Of a DNA stretch of 55,215 bases, positions 24,432-35,887 are shown piece after piece. The translations under genes and the position numbers were made by a program. The notes under the pieces were generated by a model, which saw only the letters and a list, made by a program, of their open reading frames with translations, was not told the origin of the DNA and made no database searches. The stretch's first letter is position 1. Each line of letters starts with the position of its first letter. The DNA comes from Tubiluchus corallicola. Its lineage: Eukaryota; Animalia; Priapulida. The DNA lies in the NCBI GenBank assembly GCA_030141605.1, contig JAQGDQ010000930.1, positions 24,422-79,636 of the forward strand, read 5' to 3'.

Positions 24432-24706
24432 CCAGACGGTTTAGTCTAGTGGTAATGCGTCTGCTTCCCGCCTGGGAGGTCGTGAGTTCGAGCCAGCGGC
24501 GGGGTCATACCAAAGACTTTAAAAATGGTACCTGCTGTTGCCCTGCCTAACGCGTGGTATTTAGGGTAAAACTGGGGTAATAATAGTCTCTGTTATGTAG
24601 TTTAGGTTGTTATTTACAGTCGGCGATAATAGCTCTTTGAGCTAATGTTAATTGTTGACTCAAAAGCCGACTTTAAATAAAGATTATTATTATTATTATC
24701 ATTATT
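24432..24706 (+). mobile_element. tRNA-derived SINE with Meta-domain-like body and (ATT)n tail
   Basis: A box TAGTCTAGTGG, B box GAGTTCGAGCC, then GGGTCATACCAAAGACTTTAAAAATGGTACCTGCTG resembling the MetaSINE central domain (recalled); ATT repeats at ~24683-24706. Confidence 0.75.
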
Positions 24707-25225
24707 AAAAATAAATTATGATTATCATTATTAAAAATCGTCAATTTCGCTTTGATCAATGGGTCCCTTATATGCGAGATAATTTACCTGGGTTTCTATT
24801 ACCTGGGACCTGAATATATCATCCCTTATAACCAAAAATCCCTTATATCCAAGTACCTGATATACGAAGATTTTTATATAGGTAAAACGTTACGAAAAAT
24901 CGGGACCGGTGTTGGTGGTCCCTTATAAGCGACTACCTTGTACCCAAGGTTTATTGTAGTTAGCAAGCAGAAAAGGCGGGGTCATTCCTAATATAGGGGG
25001 ATTCCCAGATTTTAGTTTCTGTTTATTCTCGGAAGTACACACGCCTCAATCAGCGGGTGTTTCATCCTTTCACCAGGTGTAGTATTTTTATAGATCAGAA
25101 TCAGAATCAGGACTAATGTGCATTGTAATAAGATTACCGCTATCTGAGATGAAACCAGAAATTGTGGGAAAGTTTAACGTTGATCGGCAAGTGAGATAAT
25201 TTCCACACCTCTGTTCTAGTCCATT

Positions 25226-25700
25226 GGTTGGCATCCTTCTGTCTCGGAATGTGTGCCAAGAGAGTCAGTTATTGATCACAGGGCGCACGCCTGGGCAAGG
25301 TGTATGGAGATCCTGAGCTGCCCAGACAACAGGAACCCCTCTCTTCCTCCCTGGTGTAGTCCAAAGGAAAGCGGAGCGATACGTTTGGCACCAGGTTGGC
25401 TGCAGCAGCTGCCGGAGTCAGTGAGCATGCTGCAATGGTCCGTCTTCGGGGCTCCACTCCTGATTTGGAAGGTTTACTCCTCTACACATGGCCGTTGGGT
25501 CTCTTGACCTCCTCCGCCCTCTAGCCGTTGGCTGCTCGTGCAACTACTCTGCCTGGTGTCGAGATACAGTGTGGGCATCCCGCAAGCCTACACCACCTGG
25601 TATTCCTAGGCGGTCACCCATCCAATCACTAACCAGGCTCTATGTTGCTTAACTTCAGTGATAAGACGAGAGCCGGTGTTTTCAACGCGATTTGGCAGTA
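25226..25700 (-). mobile_element. full-length 5S-rRNA-headed SINE (SINE3 type) with bipartite RTE-derived body and tail
   Basis: 5S-like head 25703-25584, RTE-like body and 3' end (CCGAGACAGAAGGATGCC) shared with the 16592 and 16952 copies; 13-bp TSD GTTCTAGTCCATT at 25213-25225 and 25701-25713. Confidence 0.88.
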
Positions 25701-25703
25701 GTT
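25584..25703 (-). pseudogene. 5S rRNA-derived sequence (SINE head)
   Basis: minus strand CTACTGCCAAATCGCGTTGAAAACACCGGCTCTCGTCTTATCACTGAAGTTAAGCAACATAGAGCCTGGTTAGTGATTGGATGGGTGACCGCCTAGGAATACCAGGTGGTGTAGGCTT; ~120 nt, box A and box C retained, no oligo-T terminator. Confidence 0.92.
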
Positions 25704-25769
25704 CTAGTCCATTAATAAAATCAAATTTACCAATGACACGATTATAATTAATCTGATTTTTGTAATTAC

Positions 25770-25980
25770 CGTGTAACTCTTCCTGGTCCTTGATCAGCTT
25801 CATGGCGTTCGTCTTATATCCGTTAAATGAGAAATTACAATCCCGGTATTTCGTCATCATGTGAGGAAAAGCTTCCTCAAACTTTGCCGGATCGCCCCGC
25901 TCCGCTACGAGCTCAAGAGAACGGCCAAAACTCAGGCCCTGACATTCCGGTAAACCGCTGATTCGTAAACGACGAGCCAC
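25770..25980 (-). CDS. OSGEPL1: OSGEPL1 exon 5
   Basis: tttccag acceptor; VARRLRISGLPECQGLSFGRSLELVAERGD...DCNFSFNGYK...EELH(G); donor G|GTAATT. Confidence 0.93.
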
Positions 25981-26129
25981 CTGGAAACCAGGAATGTGAA
26001 TATCACACAAACTTAAACCTACGGTTATGATCTGGTAATCTTATTTCAACAACATTCCCACAATGCAACAATTATGAAGAAGTTCTGAAGGTAATTGTTA
26101 AGACACTAGAATACAGGTAGAATTCTTCC

Positions 26130-26134
<5 letters not shown>

Positions 26135-26174
<40 letters not shown>

Positions 26175-26192
26175 CCCTCTCTCTCTCTTCCT

Positions 26193-26235
<43 letters not shown>

Positions 26236-26253
26236 CCCTCTCTCTCTCTTCCT

Positions 26254-26346
<93 letters not shown>

Positions 26347-26359
26347 CCCCTCTCTCTCT

Positions 26360-26409
<50 letters not shown>

Positions 26410-26410
26410 A
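26135..26410. repeat. (CT)n/CCCT polypyrimidine microsatellite
   Basis: directly visible. Confidence 0.95.
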
Positions 26411-27300
26411 TTACAGCTATAACATTTTGTAATATTAAACAGCTTAATGCACTTACGGATGTTGTACTGGACAGTGCTGCCCTCTGTGGCCAGCAGGCAG
26501 TTACCTCAACTTACCTGTCAGGTGATTTCATGGTTGACGACTTTAGGTACCTGGCTTTGTGAAATGCTCCTCACACTTGGCCTTGATATATTGGGACTGA
26601 ACACATGTGGTTTATAGATTTGTGGCTTGTTAACTGTAATTGATTTCTGCTGTCTGCAGTCTGTCATTGTTTTTCTAATGGTGCTCTAATGTTTGGGCAA
26701 GGATGTAAGTTGCTTTTATTTAATTTAATAATTTTGGCTGATTTGACTAATTACTGAAATTAACTGTATTAGTGAAATGTTACTTTAAGAGATTTGCTTG
26801 TGTTTGTACTAATTTGAAGTTATTAATTCATAAAATATGCAGCAAGTTATTTATTTACATTTCTATATTTTTAAATAGTTGTAAATATGTTTGAATTTAT
26901 TCGTCGTTACTTTCCATTACTGCACAGCAGTTTAGATTGCACTGACGCATTTGCCTTTAGCAGTGTAAGTTTTTATTAACTAACACTGATTGATCATCTC
27001 TGTAAAGTTTTTATCAGTGATTATCAATGTATTTTAATGGCAAATAATGATTATATATATATATATATTTAACAGAATAAACAACTAATGAACACACTTA
27101 TGTCTGGACTTGATGTTTGGAATGGAGTGTTTGAGCATTCTTGGTCATTCTTGATGAAATGGGTCATGCATGCTACAGATGTAGTTGTGGTTAGTTGTAG
27201 TTAAGACACGTTGCCGAGGTAAACTTAACCTTTGATCTATAGCAACTGCGCACAGCGAAACTGTGAAAGTCTTATTATTATAACAGGGATGTCAGCCTGC

Positions 27301-27430
27301 CTTGTCGAACGCCTCTCCGGGAGCTTTGTGCAACGTCGTTCCTAGAAGGTCGAAATTCTCCGCATCACGAACGACCGCTAGCAAGCAGTGACCGCCGGAC
27401 ATCAGGAAAACAAGAAATGGAAAATCAACC
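27301..27430 (-). CDS. OSGEPL1: OSGEPL1 exon 4 (followed by a GC donor)
   Basis: (R)VDFPFLVFLMSGGHCLLAVVRDAENFDLLGTTLHKAPGEAFDK; SGGH motif; ctttcag acceptor; AAG|GCAGGC donor. Confidence 0.93.
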
Positions 27431-27474
27431 CTGAAAGGATAAAGTATAAACCAAGTCAATCAAATTCAAGTAAC

Positions 27475-28530
27475 AGCGTAACAGGTAAAAAAATTCACAG
27501 GTAAAAAGTCACAGGTAAAAAATCATAGGTAAAAAGTAACAAGTAAAAATGTCACAGGTAAAAAGTCACAAAGTTCATGGGTAAAAAAGTCACAGGCAAA
27601 AAAGTCACGGGTAAAAACCCATAAGCGAAAAGTCACAGGTAAAAAGTCATAGGCAAAGAGTCACAGGTAAAAAGACACAGGTAAAAAGCCACAGCTAATA
27701 AGTCACAGGTAAAAAGCCACAGCTAATAAGTCACAGGTAAAAAGACACAGGTAAAAAGCCACAGCTAATAAGTCACAGGTAAAAAGACACAAGTAAAAAG
27801 CCACAGCTAATAAGTCACACGTAAAAAGTCACAGGTAAAAAGCCACAGCTAATAAGTCACAGGTAAAAAGACACAGGTAAAAAGTCAAAGCTAAAAAGTA
27901 ACGGGTAAAAAGTCACAGGTAAAAACAACAGCTAATAAGTCACAGGTAAAAAGACACAGGTAAAAAGTCACAGGTAAAAAGACACAGGTAAAAAGCCACA
28001 GCTAATAAGTCACAGGTAAAAAGACACAGGTAAAAAGCCACAGCTAATAAGTCACAGGTAAAAAGACATAGGTAAAAAGCCACAGCTAATAAGTCACAGG
28101 TAAAAAGACACAAGTAAAAAGCCACAGCTAATAAGTCACACGTAAAAAGTCACAGGTAAAAAGCCACAGCTAATAAGTCACAGGTAAAAAGACACAGGTA
28201 AAAAGTCAAAGCTAAAAAGTAACGGGTAAAAAGTCACAGGTAAAAAGACACAGGTAAAAAGTCAAAGCTAAAAAGTAACAGGTAAAAAGTCACAGGTAAA
28301 AAGTCACAGGTAAAAAGCCACAGGTAAAAAAACACAGGTAAAAAGTCAAAGCTAAAAAGTCACTGGTAAAAAGCCACAGGTAAAAACAACAGCTAAAAAG
28401 TCACTGGTAAAAAGCCACAGGTAAAAACAACAGCTAATAAGTCACAGGTAAAAAGTCACAGGTAAAAACAACAGCTAATAAGTCACTGGTAAAAAGCCAA
28501 GGTAAAAAGTCAAAGCTAAAAAGTCACAGG
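27475..28530. repeat. ~14-bp-module minisatellite (GGTAAAAAGTCACA / GCTAATAAGTCACA) with 42-bp superunits
   Basis: directly visible; 14-aa repeat in ORF 27940-28125. Confidence 0.92.
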
Positions 28531-28678
28531 CTTTTATGGCTTATTTAGTTTCCAAACTTAAATTTTGTCTCATTCAATTTTAATTTATTTCATTTATGCA
28601 TCTTGAAACAGCGTAATAGAGCTTGGTGCTGTATGTTCTACCTTGCTTATTCCCTTCACATATTTTTATATTTTGTAA

Positions 28679-29261
28679 TAGTCATACCTCTGTATTCGAC
28701 CATAATTCGTTCCTAAAAAGTGTTTGAAAACCGATTTGGTTGAGTACCGAATCATTTATTCACGTAAGAAATAATGTAAAAGCAAATAATCCGTTCTCAA
28801 GCACCAAATGAACTGTAAAGTAGTACTAAAATGAAATATAATAATGCAAAAATGTTTATTCGAACAGTAGATGTGATATTATTGATAAGAAAAACATAAT
28901 AGAGTTACTTAGAAAGAAAAACATAATTATTCCTGTATGGAAAAACCTTACGTGTTGGTAGCAGTGTGATGGTATATGTAAGCAAGAGCAGAAACACGTG
29001 TGTGACTACTCTCGGGCGTGGTCGGTTACGCTCGGCTCTACTCGGCTCACTGCACATGTGTTCATCACGTGTTACTCTCGGGCGTGGTCGGTTACGCTCG
29101 GCTCTACTCGGCTCGCCGCGCATGCGTTCATCATGTGCTTGGCGGTTGGTCGAGTACCGAAATTCTGGTCGAAAGCGGAGACAATTTCAGCTCGAATTTT
29201 CTGGTCGAAAACCGATTTGTACGAGTACGGAGACGTTTGAAAACGGAGGTATGCTCTACTG
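28679..29261. mobile_element. Tc1/pogo (Tigger-like) MITE B
   Basis: ends TAGTCATACCTC / GAGGTATGCTCTACTG-TA; inverted copy at 54695-55200; internal ~65-bp duplication. Confidence 0.85.
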
Positions 29262-29378
29262 TAATTCAAACTTTTCGTAGAAATCAACTTTCCAAATCAA
29301 CTGAAGCATTAGTCTAAGCGTGAAAAAAATTCATTATGATTATCACTCTTTTTCCATAATGCAAAAATGACGACTCAC

Positions 29379-29536
29379 CTTTCCTGCATTCGAACAGTCA
29401 ACGCGTGCGCCCGCATGTGGTGTACGGGAATAAATGGGACGCCGGTTTCCCGTACCAACGACTTTGCGTATTCTAGTCCAACTTTTAAAGACAAAGCAAG
29501 ACCGGGTTCCGTTGTACATGCTACGGCATCTAAACG
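29379..29536 (-). CDS. OSGEPL1: OSGEPL1 exon 3
   Basis: RLDAVACTTEPGLALSLKVGLEYAKSL...PFIPVHHMRAHALTVRMQE(R); ttttgtcag acceptor, AG|GTGAGT donor. Confidence 0.95.
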
Positions 29537-29900
29537 CTGACAAAACGCAAACAAAACAAAAACGTTCATCACGCAACCTGTACGATAATTTTTTAACTTT
29601 AGTTGGACAACTAGAGCCAAATGTGTGTCAGAAACTTAAGTTTACTTACTCAGTATTCTAAAATAAATTTTAACAAAAATTTCTTGAGTTACTTCAGCAG
29701 AATCACAGACTGTCAACCAGGCCGCTCACTTCTTAGATGGGTAACTCCTCTTTTGTGAAAATCACTCCTGCCTTATCAATCTGCCATAATTTGATTAAAA
29801 ACTGCACAGATTTGACACGGAAAACAGCTAAAACAATTGAGATTTGAAACCAATTCAGTTTTGAAAATGATTTCAAATTGAAATTCGCCACATCGTTACC

Positions 29901-30371
29901 TAGGGTTCCCACAGATTTTTAAAATAAATTTCCATGACTTTTCCCTGACCAAATATTGATTTGCCATGACCAAGGTAAGCAGAAATTACCAATACACTTA
30001 TTAAAACATTTCTGTGTATGGTTATTCATACATATACTGATATATAATCTGTCGGCACAGTTACAGTAGTGCTAATGAAATTACACTAATCACATTAAAT
30101 AAACTTGTTTAATCCAATCATTAGTTTTGGAACAGAAATTGAATCTGGGAGCCTGAAATTGCAAAATTTTATTTGAACACGAACAATATGTTTGGAAGAA
30201 TCTCAGTTCACGGTGATTATTTTTGCAACTCTTTCCAATTTCCCTGACTTTTCGCCACCATTTTCATCATTTTCCCTGATTTTTTAACAAATTATCTTTT
30301 TCCCTGACTTTTCCATGACTTTCCAGGACAGCCTGCATTTTTCAGGATTTTTCCTGACAGTGGGAACCCTG
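29901..30371. mobile_element. hAT-like MITE (related fragment at 18833-18960)
   Basis: TIR TAGGGTTCCCAC / GTGGGAACCCTG with TTCCCTGAC/TTCCATGAC subterminal repeats; no clear TSD. Confidence 0.7.
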
Positions 30372-30431
30372 CTTATTGCATCTGAGAAATACAAGAAGGT
30401 AAAATCGAGCAAATGTTACGCTACTACCAAC

Positions 30432-30531
30432 CTCGACGGGGATATTACTTTGTTTAATAGCAGACTTCACAACATTGTCAATATGTTCTTGATGCAGTCT
30501 CTTAGCAACGGGTGGATTGATTCCTCCTAGT
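30432..30531 (-). CDS. OSGEPL1: OSGEPL1 exon 2
   Basis: (R)LGGINPPVAKRLHQEHIDNVVKSAIKQSNIPVE; GGIxP motif; phases 2/0. Confidence 0.93.
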
Positions 30532-30678
30532 CTAAAAACGATACATTTTATTAACATCGAAATGAAGAGAAAACAGCAATTATTAAAAATATTAGAATTG
30601 GACAGCAGAAAATTATTTTAATTACTCTAAATTTCAATTTATGTTGTATTGTCGTCATACTTTCTGGAGTTTTGTATA

Positions 30679-30885
30679 GTGCTGCCACCTTCAGGTGTTT
30701 TTGTTAAAATTGTTAGACCTTTCTCTTTACTGGTGTTGCCACCTTCAGGTGTTTTTGTTAAAATTGCTAGATCTTTCTCTTTACTGGTGCTGCCACCTTC
30801 AGGTGTTTTTGTTAAAATTGTTAGATCTTTCTCTTTACTGGTGCTGCCACCTTCAGGTGTTTTTGTTAAAATTGTTAGATCTTTC
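30679..30885. repeat. 54-bp minisatellite x~4
   Basis: GTGCTGCCACCTTCAGGTGTTTTTGTTAAAATTGTTAGATCTTTCTCTTTACTG. Confidence 0.92.
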
Positions 30886-31407
30886 ACATTACTGTTTAAA
30901 TTTTCATTGGCTTCTACAGTCTTTATGAATGCATAATCTCTAAACCTGTTTTCACACCTAAATGGTTTCACCTGTAGTTTTAGTCACTTGGTTTTCCGCT
31001 TTTCAACATGACACTACTTCACTGTTTATGTAGACACTTCAGAATAAAATCTTAAAACTAAATTTCATGTTTTGTGGTTTCTTCAAACCAAGAATATTAT
31101 CTCTGAATATTAAAAATATTCGTAAAAATTGAGTAAATGTAAAGAAAAACTAAGAAATAGCAACGCGGTAAAAAGAAAGCTACGAACTCCATTAAAATTA
31201 TTTGCTTCTAAAGTATAACAAGTTTAAATTGTGGCATAAGTTGATGTTTATCATTTTCAATTCGCTGTTGCAAGAAATATGCTATCTAGAGAATGTAGAA
31301 TAATATTTCTAGAAAGTCTGTATAAGCACTTTAACCATTCAAGTCAAAGCCGTGTTTTATTGCAATACCAAACAGTAACATGTGTGCTCGCAGACCAAAA
31401 TTACCCA

Positions 31408-31975
31408 TAAGTAGGCATAGTTAAAACTGCCAAATGTTTGGTCAAATGTCAGTTTTTTGTTCTTTATAAAAGCCAATGATAAACGTATCGGACTTTTATA
31501 TTCTAGCATCAAATTATCAAAAAAAAGTTCAAAAATACTAAAAATCTAATTTTATAACCCCCATAGCCACTTCTCAGGCGAGAATCTAGAACTGAAATTG
31601 TAAAAAACTCCAATAGTAGCTGGTGGAAGCGGGAATTTTGCTTCAGGTATTTTGTGTTGCCGGGACCAGATCTTCGTCTACAAGAGCCATCTAGTGGATT
31701 AAAATATAACTTCAGTGTGTTCTTGCAAAGTCCATTGCAACCAACATGTGTGGTTGCTAAGTGTTTTGTAGAAATGCGGCAAAAACAATGGCTGACTTTA
31801 ACAGCAATTTTCTCAAGATTATGTTTTTCAGTGTGCAGCCTGCACCTCAACTTCAACATGGATTATCTCAGCTTAGAAATAACATAGAGCGATGAACTTG
31901 GTATCAAAATGATCCTCATGAAATGAAGATTCAGGATTTGTGAATAACTAGAAAAGCTTAAATGCCGGCCTAACT
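31408..31975. mobile_element. DNA-transposon-like interspersed repeat C, copy 2
   Basis: colinear with 21925-22470; starts TAAGTAGGCATAGTTAAAAC, ends GCTTAAATGCC. Confidence 0.75.
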
Positions 31976-32005
31976 GCAAGTTTTAACTAAATGGGACAAA
32001 CATAC

Positions 32006-32211
32006 CGAACAGTTGTTTCCTCCTGCGAGTATAAAGCTTCTCCGAAAATTTTCCCAGATTCATCGACGACGGCTGCTCCTGTGTCGTTGCAGCTAGTTTC
32101 AATGCCCAAGACTACTAGGCCTCGCTGCGGGGCACATCCAAGAATACTACAGCGTCTGCACAGAAGTGGCACCCCCCGTGAAATCAGCTTGTAAAAATGA
32201 GGCATAGACAT
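32006..32211 (-). CDS. OSGEPL1: OSGEPL1 coding exon 1 (putative mitochondrial presequence plus N-terminal motif)
   Basis: MSMPHFYKLISRGVPLLCRRCSILGCAPQRG (Arg-rich, no acidic residues) then LVVLGIETSCNDTGAAVVD; upstream acceptor tttccgtag at 32228; donor CG|GTATGT; the nine exons sum to 1263 nt (420 aa). Confidence 0.92.
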
Positions 32212-33142
32212 TGCGGTGCCGTGTAATCTACGGAAACAAATAGTGAGAAGTGAGAAAAATGCAAACAGTAAGCACATTGGCAAAGATGTTCCATATTGCT
32301 GAAGTAAAATACACCAGTTAATTAATGCACCTCGGAAAATGGCATTATTTACTCTCAAGCCAACCCTAAAAAGTAACAGGGTTATCTCACAGAGAGGAGA
32401 AGGAGAGGGAACGAAAGAGAGAGGGTGAGGGAGCTGGAGAGAGAAAGACACAGAGAGAGATCATTTCATGCATTTCTAATTCTGTTTTTGTTTCTCAAAT
32501 TTATCATTAATCTGGGAAGCAAATAATTGTCCATGAAATCAACTAAAAGCTAGCTGCACCATAGCTCAAAATGATGGAACGTGTAAAACATTGAAAGGCA
32601 AAATAATAAAAAGTTACTTCAAGAAACGATTGCTACTTCACGCCATTAGTTTTTCGCCGTTTACCAGTTGTTATCAATATTGATGTGGTTACTTTGCAGT
32701 AATAAAAACCAAGCATGGTAGAATACTTAAACAAGCAAGATGCAAAACCTTCTTAACTACCTGCGGTCAATTAACAATTACAGCAGAATTAACTACATTT
32801 GTTTACCACTCAAATTTTTAGAAGAACAAAAATTTGCGTTAAACGAGTAACAAATAGACATAGCATAGAACATTTATTTTCTCCAATTAGTTTTACAGCA
32901 AAAGTTTGTTAAACATTAAGCAATTATAAGCATGGAGCAGAAAAAAAATAGAAAAAATAGCAAATAGAAAAAATAATATTACATTTTGGTAGCCAATGAT
33001 CTCCTAGTAAGCCGCCATTGAAAAATAAAAAAACAATAAATTAACAATATTGCTCAAAGAAATGAAAACAATGATCACCCCATCAATTTTTGAATGTGTA
33101 GCTTACTGTTCAATGATGTGTAATTTTGTTAGCAATAAAGAA

Positions 33143-33191
<49 letters not shown>

Positions 33192-33628
33192 GTTGTTGTT
33201 GTTGTTAAGATTAAGATAAATTTTAAACTGCTAATGAGAAAATAAATTGAATTGAATTGAATTGTTGTTGTTTTTGTTGTTGTTGTTGTTATTATTATTA
33301 CTATTATTATTATAACACAAAGTAGTTGCAGAAGTAATGATTTAATAGTGTTAAAGCATCTATGCTGAGATAGATTAAGCTAAATGAACCAGTAAAAAAG
33401 CAGAGAAGGTGCCTTTTATATTGACCAGATGCATAACTTGGCTCAATCAGAACTTACATTAACCGTGAAAGAGGTTTCCAACGCAATATTACTAATTATG
33501 AGATTGAAATTATATGACAATTCAAGACTACCAAATTGCCAATTCAAAACTTGCAAGACATAAAATTTGCCAAATTTGACCGAATGACACACCACAGAAT
33601 TGTGCTTTACTAATAGTGATGATTATGG

Positions 33629-33681
<53 letters not shown>

Positions 33682-35774
33682 CACCGAGATCTGAATCTAT
33701 ACAAAGATTGCCAGCACCTGCTGTCCAGTACCCAGCATCAGTTCCTCAACCAGCCAATAATGACTAGGTCTGCGAATATTATGCGTATAAATAACGTCAA
33801 AATGAGAAGGAATTGAAATATAAGTTTGATAGCAACTCATTTGCTTTTCTGCGAAGAACAAAGAGACTGGGCAACAGACTATCTAAGCAGTTATTCTACA
33901 TCCAGCTTTCAGGTTATTTAGAATTGCTTTAACCAGTATGAATAGAAATGGAGAAAGGAGGTTTCCTCGCTTAATGTTGACACTGCTCAATTGCTATCAC
34001 TACACACCATTAGTTCTCCACAATGCTGTTGTCGTTTTGAGAAAAATATATAATAAAATCACTAACCACTTCAAGATCTTTCATCCTAAGTTCACTGTCC
34101 CACGTAATCATTTATATCAATCAGTATTGGTCTTTCGACGCTCCGCTTCATTATTGTTGTTGTTATTATTATTTTTTTTTGTTGTTAGTATTAATCGTAG
34201 TAGAATTTTAATTGTTGTTGGCTTGCTGCTGTTGTTTTGCTTGAGATTGTTGTCCTTGTTCGCAACTTGAAATTTAGTGAAATCGACGTATTACGATTGC
34301 TTGCGCCTGGTGCCAACATGAAGTCTCAAATCGGCGCCAAGGCTAAGTCGTAATCGCTGCAGGGGTTTTTTGTGTTTTGAGGGCAGATTTTTTTATCTAT
34401 CTAAAGTTTTGACCGCGTCAAAGTACTATCAACATACTTATAATGTAAATGTTGAGATTTATGGATGTATTTTCTTGCAATCTGAAGCTATTTTGGATTT
34501 TTCAAAAACCTTACCATCTAACCAGGAAGTGTCATAACTTATTCTGACCTATTTAATTCAAGGTGCAAAATGTTTTTAGTTATTCTAATTTTTTCTTGTA
34601 TTATAATATTGCAGTACCTTTATTTTTTTAAGATTCGAGATTGGTTCATGACATAGTTAATGATTTTCATGATTTAGTTAATTAATATGATGTGCTAATT
34701 GCTGAGATGCCGTATTAGTAAACCTGTCTTTATTGACTCCAATTTTTGGACTTGACGCTTTTACATTTACACAATTTTGTTATATTAGACGATAGTTGCA
34801 AAACTCAGCACGTTTCAAAATTGGCCTAGATTGGACTGTAACCAATTCTGGCAAAGCAGGAGACTAGATGACCCTATGGTCCTTCCCTGCCCTGCTCCAT
34901 GGTTATAATTATACTTGATACTTAAAAAAACTTTTGATGTTAAACTACTTGGAGAAAATATATGTACTATGTCTAAAGAAAAGCATTCCAAATGTTGACA
35001 ACGATGAAAGAAAGAATAATTCTGATATCAGTTCGACAACTTTGCTTGAATAAATTCGTGTGATACTCCCTCAAAACTGTCTGATTGAATGAATTTCGTA
35101 CCTTCTGGGCGTAAGCTTATTTCTGAACAAAATCCTATGCTTGGACTGGCCACAGAAATTTTTTTGTCTTACCTCATGAACTTAAAGACGGAATTTTTTC
35201 AAAGTTTTGTAAATGTTTAACAAAAGCTGAATCATGAAATATTTAAAATCAGTTGAACAGATACTGTACCTCTCATTTCAAAGCTGTTCAGTTGTGACGT
35301 AATGCATATGTTCGAGAGCTAATGTTTGAGCACCGCAGTAAATTTGAATTTTGAATTTTTATCTGAAAACTTGTCTAGTTTTAGGGCAACACATTGAATA
35401 TCTTACAGTAGCACCAAACTTCAATTTTTGGTTTCACAAACACGTGCAAACAGTCGTGGAATATTTTTACTGTTGAAAATTATGTTAGTTTGTGATGTCT
35501 GCAATAGTTGGGCTGACCTGTAGTTAATTAAGTTTTTAACCTATAGTTTAATTATCAGAAATACTTTTGCAGTATTAGTCGAATTAAAATGTATACTCTT
35601 TATGGGACTACAAAATGGGTTTGTATATGCAAAATCATCCTGTCTTCTCTTAAATTAAACATTATAGTTTTTGGTATTGTTTGATAACACTTGCAATAAT
35701 CTCGTTGTTATTTGCATATTACTGTTAGGACTTGGACAACTAGCTGGTGCCATCTATTGCCCACTTTTTGGGTC

Positions 35775-35887
35775 ATGTCGGGAGGAGGTGAAGTAGAAGA
35801 TCGCAACAATACTTTGCTCTGCGGGGAATGCCCTGAAACATTTGAAAGTCGTATTGAACTGATACAGCACGGACAGATTCATATGAG
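35775..35887 (+). CDS. C2H2 zinc-finger protein, first identified coding exon
   Basis: MSGGGEVEDRNNTLLCGECPETFESRIELIQHGQIHM(R): C-x2-C-x12-H-x3-H; acceptor at 35728; donor AG|GTAATA; start codon not certain. Confidence 0.8.

Noticed and set aside
24432-24510. tRNA gene
   Set aside because: A and B boxes are present but there is no acceptor-stem closure; it continues into a SINE body and (ATT)n tail
25584-25703. Functional 5S rRNA gene
   Set aside because: Multiple substitutions, no T-run terminator, fused to an RTE body, and enclosed by a TSD
25606-25769. C-terminal extension of ORF 25606-26010
   Set aside because: Read-through past the exon-5 donor into the intron and the 5S head; homology resumes at exon 6
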